Shown here: positions 8,772 through 17,156 of the stretch, in pieces
Layout: each line of letters starts with the position of its first letter
Numbering within the stretch: position 1 is the stretch's first letter
Source of the DNA: an uncultured Oscillospiraceae bacterium
Lineage (GTDB): Bacteria > Bacillota > Clostridia > Oscillospirales > Acutalibacteraceae
Assembly (NCBI GenBank): GCA_902495835.1
Contig: CABUYS010000001.1
Span: 1 to 35,675 of the forward strand
Reading direction: 5' to 3'
Length of the DNA: 35,675 nucleotides
Program-made: the position numbers and the translations under genes
Notes under the pieces: model-generated
Told to the model about the DNA's origin: nothing
Databases searched by the model: none
The model's input: the letters and a program-made list of their open reading frames with translations, nothing else

Positions 8772-9499
8772 TGGAGATTTATAGCAAAACCGATATCGGT
8801 AAAGTGCGAACAAGTAATCAAGATGCAGTTATGGTAAAAAAAGTAAGAGAAAATTTTGTTTGGACTCTAGTGTGTGACGGTATGGGCGGTACGAACGGCG
8901 GAGATATAGCAAGTCGTATGGCTGTGAAAGTAATTGAAAATTATTTGAATTCATCTTTGAGCGAAAATGACAGTTCCGAAGACATAAAATCCAAGATGTA
9001 TGAAGCTGTAAACAATGCAAATTCAATGATATTTGAAAAATCCAAAATGGATGAAAGTCTTAGTCGTATGGGTACTACTGTGGTTCTGTGCATAGCAAAG
9101 GGCGATACTCTTCAAATAGTTTATGCGGGCGATAGCAGAGCTTATTTGATAAGAGATAAGGATATTGTTCAGCTTACAAAAGATCATTCTGTTGTTCAGC
9201 AAATGGTTGATAGTGGAGAAATAACTGAACAAGATGCTAAAAATCATCCTCAAAAAAATATAATCACAAGAGCTTTAGGTGTGAATTCTTCAATTGATTT
9301 AGACTATATTATGTGTGAAATTGAAAAAGATGATATAGTTTTGTCTTGCACGGACGGTTTAACGAATCATTTAGATAAGAACAAGATATATAAAATTTGC
9401 ACGGAAAACAGTATATCGATTGTGCCTTCTATACTTGTAAATGAGGCGAATCTTTGCGGGGGCAACGATAATATTACAGCGGCAATTGTAAAAATTTAA
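8771..9499 (+). CDS. prpC: PP2C-family Ser/Thr protein phosphatase (Stp/PrpC)
   Basis: PP2C motifs are TDIGKVRTSNQDA, VCDGMGG, GDSRAYL, TDGLT and DNITAAIV. The ATG at 8771 overlaps the rlmN TGA (TGATG). The ORF track start at 8768 is a TTG one codon earlier. Confidence 0.92.
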   Translation: MEIYSKTDIGKVRTSNQDAVMVKKVRENFVWTLVCDGMGGTNGGDIASRMAVKVIENYLNSSLSENDSSEDIKSKMYEAVNNANSMIFEKSKMDESLSRMGTTVVLCIAKGDTLQIVYAGDSRAYLIRDKDIVQLTKDHSVVQQMVDSGEITEQDAKNHPQKNIITRALGVNSSIDLDYIMCEIEKDDIVLSCTDGLTNHLDKNKIYKICTENSISIVPSILVNEANLCGGNDNITAAIVKI

Positions 9500-9538
9500 A
9501 AAACAGTCCTATAGATTAATTTGAATAGGGGAGAAAAA

Positions 9539-11545
9539 ATGGATAAATACACCGGAAAAAGATTGGATGCTCGCTATGAGATACAGGAACTCATCGGAGT
9601 AGGCGGTATGGCTGTAGTTTACAGAGCTTACGATATTGTGGAAGATAAAATTGTTGCGATAAAAATTTTAAAAGATGAATTTTTAGGAAATAAAGAATTT
9701 ATTCGAAGATTTAAAAATGAATCTAAAGCTATAGCGGTTTTGTCGCACCCAAATATAGTAAAAGTTTATGATGTAAGCTTTGGCACGAAGATTCAATATA
9801 TAGTTATGGAGTATATAAACGGAATTACTTTAAAAGAATATATCTCTCAGCAGAAAGTTATCGAGTGGAAAGACGCAATATATTTTGTTCATCAAATTTT
9901 GTCAGCTTTGATTCATGCTCACGGTAAAGGCGTCATACACCGTGATATAAAACCGCAAAATATAATGTTGCTTAAAGACGGTACAATAAAAGTAACTGAT
10001 TTTGGTATTGCCAGATTTTCCAGAAATGAAACCCAAACAATGACCGATAGAGCAATAGGTTCTGTGCATTATATTTCGCCCGAGCAGGCAAAAGGCGGAG
10101 TCATAGATGAAAAAGCCGATATATATTCAGTCGGAGTTATGCTCTATGAAATGCTTACCGGAAAGTTGCCGTTTGAAGCCGATAATGCGGTTTCGGTAGC
10201 GATAATGCAAATGCAAGCCAAGCCAAAGCCGCTTCGTGAGATAAACTCGGACATACCTGAAGGTTTGGAACAAATAACTCTTCATGCTATGGAAAAAATT
10301 TCTTCAAATCGTTACGGTTCAGCTGAAGAAATGCTCAAGGATATTGATAAAATAAGAGATAATCCCGAGTCAAAATTTAATTATAAATATTTCTTGGACG
10401 ATAATCCGACAAAGTATGTTGATGATATAAACAAAGTAAGTAAGAATAAAAATTCATACGGTGATGAATATGACCATAAGGACGAAAAGAAAAAACAAGC
10501 TAAGGCAGGGGTTATTGTCGGAGGAATAGCAATTGCGGTAGGAATTTTTGCTTTGATATTTATTTTTGCTTCTATGTTTAGTTCTTGTGGAAGAAATTCC
10601 GCGAAAGATGTTGATGTTCCGAATTTTATCGGAATGAAATTATCAGATGTTCAGAATAATCCGGACTATAAGTTTGTATGGAAAGTCGAATCTGTTTACG
10701 ATTCTTCAAAAGAAGAGGGAGTCATAATCGACCAAGAGCCTTCCCCGAATTCCAAAAAAGTAAAAGAAGGTGCAACTATAGTACTGAAAGTTAACAGCTC
10801 GGGAGTTTTGGTAACTGTTCCTGTTGTGAAAGGCCTTTCAGAAGATATAGCTAAGTCTAAAATTTCAAACGTAGGTTTAAAAACAGAAGTTTTGATGGTT
10901 GTGGATGAAGAAACCGCACAAGGAATTGTATGCAATGTAGACCCTCAAGAGGGAAGTAAGGTTACGGCTGATTCAACGGTAAGACTTTATGTAAGCAAAG
11001 GCCCCGCAGAAGAAAAAGTCATAGTACCGGATGTTCTTAATAAATCTCTTACAGCAGCTAAAAACGATATAATTTCCGCAGGACTTAAAGTTTCGGATAA
11101 TATAAGTTCTGAAAGCAGTGACAAACCTAAAGACACTGTTATTTCCATGGAGCCTCTTCCAGGAATATCAGTCGGAAAAGATTCTGTTGTTAAACTGACT
11201 ATAAGTTCAGGAGTGAAAAGAGAAAAGAATTTTGAAATAACAGTTGATTTGCCTTCCGATGTAAACCATGAAGTTACACTTTCTTATTATGTAAATGGCG
11301 TGCTTGAAGATAGTAAAAAAGTTGTGCCTTCCTATAACGGAACCTATACCATAAAGGTAAAAGGTACAACCGGCAAGAAGACTATAAATGTAAACTTAGA
11401 CAGTATGCCTTACCGAGTATATGATGTAGATTTTGATGCTTCTTCTGGAAATGTCAAAAAATCAAAATCGTATACCTATAAAGAAAAAACTTCAACTACT
11501 TCTTCCAAAGAAAACGAAAACGATGAAAACGAAGAGTATAGATGA
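9539..11545 (+). CDS. prkC: PASTA-domain Ser/Thr protein kinase (PrkC/Stk1 type)
   Basis: Hanks kinase motifs are GVGGMAVVY, VAIK, HRDIKPQN, DFG and SPEQ. These are followed by one TM helix (VIVGGIAIAVGIFALIFIFASMF), three PASTA-like repeats (VPNFIG..., VPVVKG..., VPDVLN...) and a C-terminal beta-rich domain. The ATG at 9539 lies 6 nt after AGGGGAG. The ORF-track TTG at 9521 is less likely. Confidence 0.93.
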   Translation: MDKYTGKRLDARYEIQELIGVGGMAVVYRAYDIVEDKIVAIKILKDEFLGNKEFIRRFKNESKAIAVLSHPNIVKVYDVSFGTKIQYIVMEYINGITLKEYISQQKVIEWKDAIYFVHQILSALIHAHGKGVIHRDIKPQNIMLLKDGTIKVTDFGIARFSRNETQTMTDRAIGSVHYISPEQAKGGVIDEKADIYSVGVMLYEMLTGKLPFEADNAVSVAIMQMQAKPKPLREINSDIPEGLEQITLHAMEKISSNRYGSAEEMLKDIDKIRDNPESKFNYKYFLDDNPTKYVDDINKVSKNKNSYGDEYDHKDEKKKQAKAGVIVGGIAIAVGIFALIFIFASMFSSCGRNSAKDVDVPNFIGMKLSDVQNNPDYKFVWKVESVYDSSKEEGVIIDQEPSPNSKKVKEGATIVLKVNSSGVLVTVPVVKGLSEDIAKSKISNVGLKTEVLMVVDEETAQGIVCNVDPQEGSKVTADSTVRLYVSKGPAEEKVIVPDVLNKSLTAAKNDIISAGLKVSDNISSESSDKPKDTVISMEPLPGISVGKDSVVKLTISSGVKREKNFEITVDLPSDVNHEVTLSYYVNGVLEDSKKVVPSYNGTYTIKVKGTTGKKTINVNLDSMPYRVYDVDFDASSGNVKKSKSYTYKEKTSTTSSKENENDENEEYR

Positions 11546-11663
11546 TTTAATTGTAAATTTCCATAAAATACATTAGATTTTAAATTTTTATGGGTTAAAC
11601 TAACTTTAAATGTGCTAATAAATTAAAATAAAAATATAATTAAAAGATTAGAGGTGTTGCACT

Positions 11664-12950
11664 TTGGATAAAATAGTTATATCCGGAGGGCGAAAATTAA
11701 AAGGAACGGTATCGATAAGCGGTGCCAAAAATGCGGCGGTGGCTATTTTACCCGCAGCTGCACTTTCAGACGGAGTCTGTAGAATTGAAAATGTTCCCAA
11801 CATCAGGGACATAACCTTGATGTGCAGAATTTTAAGCGATATGGGTGCAGATATAAGACTTATAAACAAAAACACCATAGAAATTGACCCCAGAAGGATG
11901 TCATCTTCATCTGCTCCTTGCGATTTGATGAGAAATATGAGAGCTTCTTGTTATCTTTTGGGTGTACTTTTAGGAAAATTTTCTGAAGCGTATGTTTATT
12001 TGCCGGGGGGATGTAATTTCGGATTGCGTCCCATTGACCAGCATTTAAAAGGTTTCGTTGCACTTGGAGCAGACTATTCCTTAGAAAATGGAATGGTTAA
12101 AGTGAAGTGCGATAAATTAGTAGGTACTCATATATATTTGGACGTGGTTTCTGTTGGAGCCACGGTAAATGTCATGCTCGCAGCCGTAAAAGCTGAAGGC
12201 GTTACGGTTATAGAGAATGCTGCTAAAGAGCCTCATATTGTAGACTTGGCTAACTTTTTAAACTGTATGGGTGCGGATATTATAGGTGCAGGTACTGATG
12301 TTATAAAGGTTCGTGGTGTGAAAACTTTGAAAGGGGTAACATATTCGATTATTCCCGACCAAATTGAAGCCGGAACATATATGGTAGCCGCAGCTGCAAC
12401 CGGCGGGGATGTTATTGTTGAAAACGTTATTCCGAAACACCTAGAATCCATAACCGCTAAGCTTGAGGAAATAGGAATAAAATTGGAAGAATCAAGTGAT
12501 TCTATAAGAGTTCACTGCGACGGCCCTTTGAAAAAATGCAATGTAAAAACTATGCCTCATCCTGGGTTTCCTACAGATATGCAGCCTCAAATAACCGCTC
12601 TTTTAACAATGGCTCAAGGAACCAGTTTGGTGAATGAAGCTGTATGGGATAACAGATTTAAATATGTGGAAGAACTTCATCGTATGGGTGCGTGCATTTC
12701 GGTAGACGGTAAAATTGCAGTTATTGAAGGCGTACCTGAACTAAAAGGAGCACCCGTAAAGGCAACGGATTTGCGGGCAGGAGCCGCTCTGATAATAGCA
12801 GGTTTGGCAGCAACCGGAGAGACAACTATAGAAGAAATTCAACACATCGAAAGAGGATACGAAGATATAGTTTCGAAGCTTTCTATGCTTGGAGCAGACA
12901 TAAAAAAAGTTTCTTATGAGAGCAAAGAAAATGAAGTGGCAGGTTTGTAA
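11664..12950 (+). CDS. murA: UDP-N-acetylglucosamine 1-carboxyvinyltransferase (MurA, MurAA-like paralogue)
   Basis: 428 aa, with a TTG start 7-8 nt after GAGGTG. The N-terminus is ISGGRKLKGTVSISGAKNAAV. The catalytic loop LPGGCNFGLRPIDQHL has Cys at codon 117 (TGT 12012-14). LDVVSVGATVN and KHLESITAKLEE resemble B. subtilis MurAA as I recall it. Confidence 0.93.
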   Translation: MDKIVISGGRKLKGTVSISGAKNAAVAILPAAALSDGVCRIENVPNIRDITLMCRILSDMGADIRLINKNTIEIDPRRMSSSSAPCDLMRNMRASCYLLGVLLGKFSEAYVYLPGGCNFGLRPIDQHLKGFVALGADYSLENGMVKVKCDKLVGTHIYLDVVSVGATVNVMLAAVKAEGVTVIENAAKEPHIVDLANFLNCMGADIIGAGTDVIKVRGVKTLKGVTYSIIPDQIEAGTYMVAAAATGGDVIVENVIPKHLESITAKLEEIGIKLEESSDSIRVHCDGPLKKCNVKTMPHPGFPTDMQPQITALLTMAQGTSLVNEAVWDNRFKYVEELHRMGACISVDGKIAVIEGVPELKGAPVKATDLRAGAALIIAGLAATGETTIEEIQHIERGYEDIVSKLSMLGADIKKVSYESKENEVAGL

Positions 12951-12998
12951 TGAAATTTTTTGAACTTTGTTGCGGTATAGTCTGCGATGTGAATATAA

Positions 12999-13796
12999 AT
13001 GATTAGAGTATGTCCTTTATTTAGCGGAAGTAGTGGCAATTCGATTTATATAGAATTTTCAAATAACAGGGGTATACTTGTTGACGCGGGGAGAAGTACT
13101 AAGCAGATAGAAAATGTTCTTTCTGAAAATAATATTGATGTGAGAAATATTGATTCAATTTTTGTTACTCATGAACATAATGACCACACTTCCGCTCTTA
13201 AAGTTCTCTCTTTGAGATATAATTTAAAAGTATATGCTTCTAACGGCACAATCAGTGCTATAAAAGATAAGGGATTAATTTCTTCAAAAAATCAGTTTAG
13301 CGCATTGGAAAAAAAGGAAACGGATTTAGAATTTATATCCGTTAGACCTTTTTCAATATCGCACGATTGTTGCGAAGGATTTGGGTATGTTTTTAAGGAT
13401 AAATCGGGGGAAAAAGTTGCTGTTTGTACAGACTTAGGATATATTTCGGACGAAGTAAAAAGTGCATTGAAAGGCTGCAAAACAGTTTTGCTGGAATCCA
13501 ATCACGATGTTATGATGCTTCAAAACGGTCCTTATCCTTATTATTTAAAGAGAAGAATTTTGTCTGATAGCGGTCATTTGTCTAATGATACAAGTGGAAA
13601 ATTTTTACCTTTTCTTGTTGAAAACGGTACAAAAAACGTGATACTTTCTCACCTTAGTTCTCACAATAATGTCCCGGATTTGGCAATTCAAACTTCAACG
13701 TGCTGTTTGAGCGAAAACGGTATATCAGTTAATAAAGATGTTTCGTTAAGTGTAGCACCCAAGGAGAATCATAATTTTTTTGATTTAAACACATAA
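12999..13796 (+). CDS. MBL-fold metallo-hydrolase (YycJ/WalJ-like)
   Basis: 265 aa. It has the HxHxDH motif HEHNDH, ends its metallo-beta-lactamase fold with GHLSN, and shows the SGSSGNS N-terminal pattern typical of YycJ-like proteins. Confidence 0.85.
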   Translation: MIRVCPLFSGSSGNSIYIEFSNNRGILVDAGRSTKQIENVLSENNIDVRNIDSIFVTHEHNDHTSALKVLSLRYNLKVYASNGTISAIKDKGLISSKNQFSALEKKETDLEFISVRPFSISHDCCEGFGYVFKDKSGEKVAVCTDLGYISDEVKSALKGCKTVLLESNHDVMMLQNGPYPYYLKRRILSDSGHLSNDTSGKFLPFLVENGTKNVILSHLSSHNNVPDLAIQTSTCCLSENGISVNKDVSLSVAPKENHNFFDLNT

Positions 13797-13799
13797 AAT

Positions 13800-14855
13800 T
13801 TATTTTTTAAATAAAATTTTGTTACATACCATTCCTACTATTATGGTAAAATAACAACTTATAAATCGGGAAAGCAACATAGCTTTTCCGATTTCTTGAA
13901 TTGTAAAGAAAAGTGAAAATAATATCACAAAACTGTTTTCTGAAGTTCCTGCTGCTCCGGGGAACGGCGTAAACGAAGAGACTGTATTTATTGTGGATTG
14001 TATACATATCATTGAGAGAATAGGCATGGAACTATGGTTAAATGCTTTAAATACAAAAAGAGGTATCAAAAAAAGAACTGTAATTTGCAAAAATGTCAGC
14101 GTGTATATTTGAATGTTGATTTTTTTATTTTTATTTAAATTTTTATTGGTTTTTACAAATGAATCCAGAGTTGTTTCTATGGAATTTATTGTATTTTCTT
14201 TGTTTTTAACTATTTTTGTTTTGTATAAAATATTTATAATAAAATTTGATAATTTTAAGATGATGTTCTTGTTTACGGAAAAAATTAAAATAAGAATTAT
14301 GAGTGAGCTTTGAAACAAAGTCCCAACCCAAACCATCCATATCAATTCCGGATAAGTGTTTTTTAGCGTGTTATAATATAGAATTGTGCAAATTAACGAA
14401 TAAGCAGCTAAAGAAGATTGATAAACAAAAAATTTTCTGGTAGTAATAGTTATTGCGTCGCACTTTGAAAGCGATTGTTTGCAAAGTTCTAAAATTTGCA
14501 TCGGCTGACCTGCTATTCCAAGTGGAGTTATTGAATTAAAATACTGTCCTATCATAGTAATTTTCAGAAAAAATAATTTTGGATATTTTTTCGAATCGAC
14601 AATATTAACAATGCGTTTAATCACGATACTTTCGAGTATCCAATAAAGCACAATTAAACAAAAAGCAGCAATAACCCAAAAAGCGTTCAAATAGGGTATT
14701 GTGCTGATTAAATTAACCAGATTGTTATTGCAAATACAAAAATACGATAAAACAGTCAACGAAATCAAAATAAAAATAACGTTGACATATTTTTTTAGCA
14801 ATAATATTAATTTATTTTTAGGTTTTTTATCGGTACTAAAATTTAAATTTTCCAT
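13800..14855 (-). CDS. Flippase-like membrane protein, LPG-synthase-TM / UPF0104 (PF03706-type), paralogue 1
   Basis: 351 aa, polytopic with about 8 hydrophobic segments. Motifs GQYFNSITPLGIAGQPMQ, KFFVYQ and SSFTPFPGAAGTSENSF are shared with the ORF at 15902-16945. No strong SD is present. Confidence 0.75.
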   Translation of the reverse strand: MENLNFSTDKKPKNKLILLLKKYVNVIFILISLTVLSYFCICNNNLVNLISTIPYLNAFWVIAAFCLIVLYWILESIVIKRIVNIVDSKKYPKLFFLKITMIGQYFNSITPLGIAGQPMQILELCKQSLSKCDAITITTRKFFVYQSSLAAYSLICTILYYNTLKNTYPELIWMVWVGTLFQSSLIILILIFSVNKNIILKLSNFIINILYKTKIVKNKENTINSIETTLDSFVKTNKNLNKNKKINIQIYTLTFLQITVLFLIPLFVFKAFNHSSMPILSMICIQSTINTVSSFTPFPGAAGTSENSFVILFSLFFTIQEIGKAMLLSRFISCYFTIIVGMVCNKILFKK

Positions 14856-14893
14856 AAGTATAGTGTTGTCAGTAAAATAGGTTTAATACCGGT

Positions 14894-15889
14894 TTATTTC
14901 TTTTTATTTTTAATTTTTTTTATTTTGGTGATTTTTTTAGGTTCTTTTATTGGATGCGTAAGATCCGGAATGTTTAGATGTTCTATCGGTTCAAAAAGAT
15001 TACCTGAAAAATAATCTATGGATTTGGTTGCAGAATTTATATTTTCTAAAAATCCTTTGAAATTCATCGCTTTTGCATGGAGCATCAAAATATAGTAATA
15101 ACTTACCAATTTTACTCGTTGAGCATATATCCAGACGTGATTGTTGTAATTTTTATAGACTTTTTCATTTTCAAGAAAATTTCTTATTACTCCCAATGAT
15201 TTTATAAAGTCATTTATTTTAACGACATTCATCGAATGAAGTATGCTTGTATCTCTGCTTGTATAGTTGTAAAGAGCTTTTCCGAGGAGGACTATTTTAT
15301 CTGCGTAATAAAACAATTTCGGAGAAGTTGAAATATCTTCGAAGTACATTTTATCGAAAGTTAAATTATTATCAAAAAACAATTCTCTTTTAGAAAGCTT
15401 GTTCCATACAAAATAATGAATTCCCATATCCAGAATTAATTTTCGCAAAGCTTTGGTTTTTGAATAAACTCCCGGGAAAGAAGTGAATGGCATATATATT
15501 TTTAATTTTCTTTCAGGATAATAAAGATTAAAATTGCAGCAAACGATATCTGCGTCGTTTTCTATAGCTGCATTGTAAAGAGATTCAAGAAATTCTGGTT
15601 CAAGTGAATCGTCACTGTCCATAAATCCGATGTAATCTCCTTTGCAAACTTTAAGTCCCGTATTTCTTGCTACTGACGGGCCTTCATTTTCTTGATTTAT
15701 TAATATGAAATTTTCATTTTTATCGCAAAAAGATTTTGCAATTTCTTTACTTTTATCTGTAGAACCGTCATTTACTATAATTAATTCAAAATTTTTAAAT
15801 GTTTGATTTTGAACAGACTCTAAAGCTCTTGATAAATATCTTTCTACGTTGTAAACGGGCATTACCAAACTTATTGCCGGATTAGACAT
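14894..15889 (-). CDS. Family 2 glycosyltransferase (GT-A fold), soluble with a Lys-rich tail
   Basis: 331 aa. Motifs are ISLVMPVYNVERYL, IIVNDGSTD, the DxD motif MDSDD, VWNKLSKRELF and YFEDIS. There is no TM helix. The C-terminus is KKITKIKKIKNKKK. The SD GGAGAG follows directly after the stop of the upstream gene. Confidence 0.88.
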   Translation of the reverse strand: MSNPAISLVMPVYNVERYLSRALESVQNQTFKNFELIIVNDGSTDKSKEIAKSFCDKNENFILINQENEGPSVARNTGLKVCKGDYIGFMDSDDSLEPEFLESLYNAAIENDADIVCCNFNLYYPERKLKIYMPFTSFPGVYSKTKALRKLILDMGIHYFVWNKLSKRELFFDNNLTFDKMYFEDISTSPKLFYYADKIVLLGKALYNYTSRDTSILHSMNVVKINDFIKSLGVIRNFLENEKVYKNYNNHVWIYAQRVKLVSYYYILMLHAKAMNFKGFLENINSATKSIDYFSGNLFEPIEHLNIPDLTHPIKEPKKITKIKKIKNKKK

Positions 15890-15901
15890 CTTCTACTCTC
15901 C

Positions 15902-16945
15902 TTATATGTTTTCCAGTGTTTTTGTTGTCTCTGATATATTACCTACTCTTGCGAAAGGTGCAAATATTAAAATGTTCATAAAGTAAGTTATAATTCTCCA
16001 AACAAGTATAGCAGATTTTATTGTACCTTGGGTAAAAAACATTTCAAAAAATACGTAAAAACTTCCTTCTGCTGCTCCCGAACCCCCGGGCAACGGCATA
16101 AAAGACGATACCATTGTTACAAACGCTTGACCGGTTATCATATCAAAAATTTTAGCTCCCGAAAAATTAAAAGCTCTGTAAATTGCATAAGGAATCGCAA
16201 AAATAAAGGTAAGTTGTAAAACCGTGAAAAAACAGGTTGTTATAAGCATTTTCTTATTTTTATACAATTTTTTGTTGCTTTGATGAAAGTGTTCCAATTG
16301 AGCTTTTACTTTATCGGCTTTTTCTGGGGCATTCTTTATTATTTTTATTTTTGATAAAAAGTTAAAGCATCCGTTTATTATTGATGAAGTGAGTTTTTTA
16401 TTAAAAGAAAACATAAATACAAACGTTATAACCAAAGCATGAGATATAAATCCAAAGAGAGCGAGCCCTAACATTGCTCCGCCCATATTTCCCGTAAAAA
16501 TATCCAAATTACAAAGCATGGAAATCAAACTGTAAAAAGTGATGATTGTTTGATATACCAAAAATTTTTGCACTAATGACGAAGATGCTGTACCTGTATC
16601 TACGTTTTGTTTTTTCATGCAATAAAGCTGCATAGGTTGTCCTCCGACCGCTCCCGGTGTTATTACGCTGAAAAACTGTCCTACAGCGGTAGCTTTAAGC
16701 GATTTTTTCATTGTATAGCTTTCGTCGTAATTGTGAGTAAACCTAAATAATATATAAGCATCTATCAGTACATTTAAAAGCTGAAAAGCAACCGCACAAA
16801 AAATCCAATTCCAATTGAATTTTTCAGCATTTGAAATTAAATCCATAAGACCGTTTTCAGAAGTCAGAAAATATATTATAAATCCTATGGGAATTAACAA
16901 AGTCACGATGTTAAAAATAATTTTACCGTTTATTTTCTTTTTCAA
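15902..16945 (-). CDS. Flippase-like membrane protein, LPG-synthase-TM / UPF0104 (PF03706-type), paralogue 2
   Basis: 347 aa, with a TTG start 5-6 nt after GGAGGA. It is polytopic. Motifs are GQFFSVITPGAVGGQPMQ, KFLVYQ and SSFMPLPGGSGAAEGSF. Confidence 0.78.
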   Translation of the reverse strand: MKKKINGKIIFNIVTLLIPIGFIIYFLTSENGLMDLISNAEKFNWNWIFCAVAFQLLNVLIDAYILFRFTHNYDESYTMKKSLKATAVGQFFSVITPGAVGGQPMQLYCMKKQNVDTGTASSSLVQKFLVYQTIITFYSLISMLCNLDIFTGNMGGAMLGLALFGFISHALVITFVFMFSFNKKLTSSIINGCFNFLSKIKIIKNAPEKADKVKAQLEHFHQSNKKLYKNKKMLITTCFFTVLQLTFIFAIPYAIYRAFNFSGAKIFDMITGQAFVTMVSSFMPLPGGSGAAEGSFYVFFEMFFTQGTIKSAILVWRIITYFMNILIFAPFARVGNISETTKTLENI

Positions 16946-17156
16946 ATTTTTCCTCCGTAAATTTATATAAAAAAATATCTTATAAAAATAGAATAACTTT
17001 ATTTGTCATAAAGTCAAGCTTATATGTCATATTTATTATGTTAAATATTATCACGGGACAAACTTACGGGAATAACATATGTATATGAACTGTTTGACGC
17101 AATTATGTTTTTAATGCGTAGAACGCGGTTATAATTTTCAGAGAGGTGAGCGATGA

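Noticed and set aside
11568-11600. A hairpin, CCATAAAA-17 nt loop-TTTTATGG, lies after prkC and could be a terminator.
   Set aside because: The stem is an 8 bp, mostly A/T stem with a large loop and no downstream T tract. It is too weak to call, so prkC-murA read-through remains possible.
13797-13830. An A/T-only near-palindrome (AAAATTTATTTTTTAAATAAAATTTT) lies at the convergent gene junction and could be a bidirectional terminator or att-like site.
   Set aside because: It contains no G/C pairs and is imperfect. Such sequences occur by chance in DNA this AT-rich, and I found no matching repeat at the other end of the inverted block (16946-17156).
17024-17115. Tiny ORFs lie in the murA2 upstream spacer, for example MLNIITGQTYGNNICI and MYMNCLTQLCF, and could be leader peptides.
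   Set aside because: They have no SD, no recognisable attenuator architecture downstream, and their lengths and compositions are consistent with chance.
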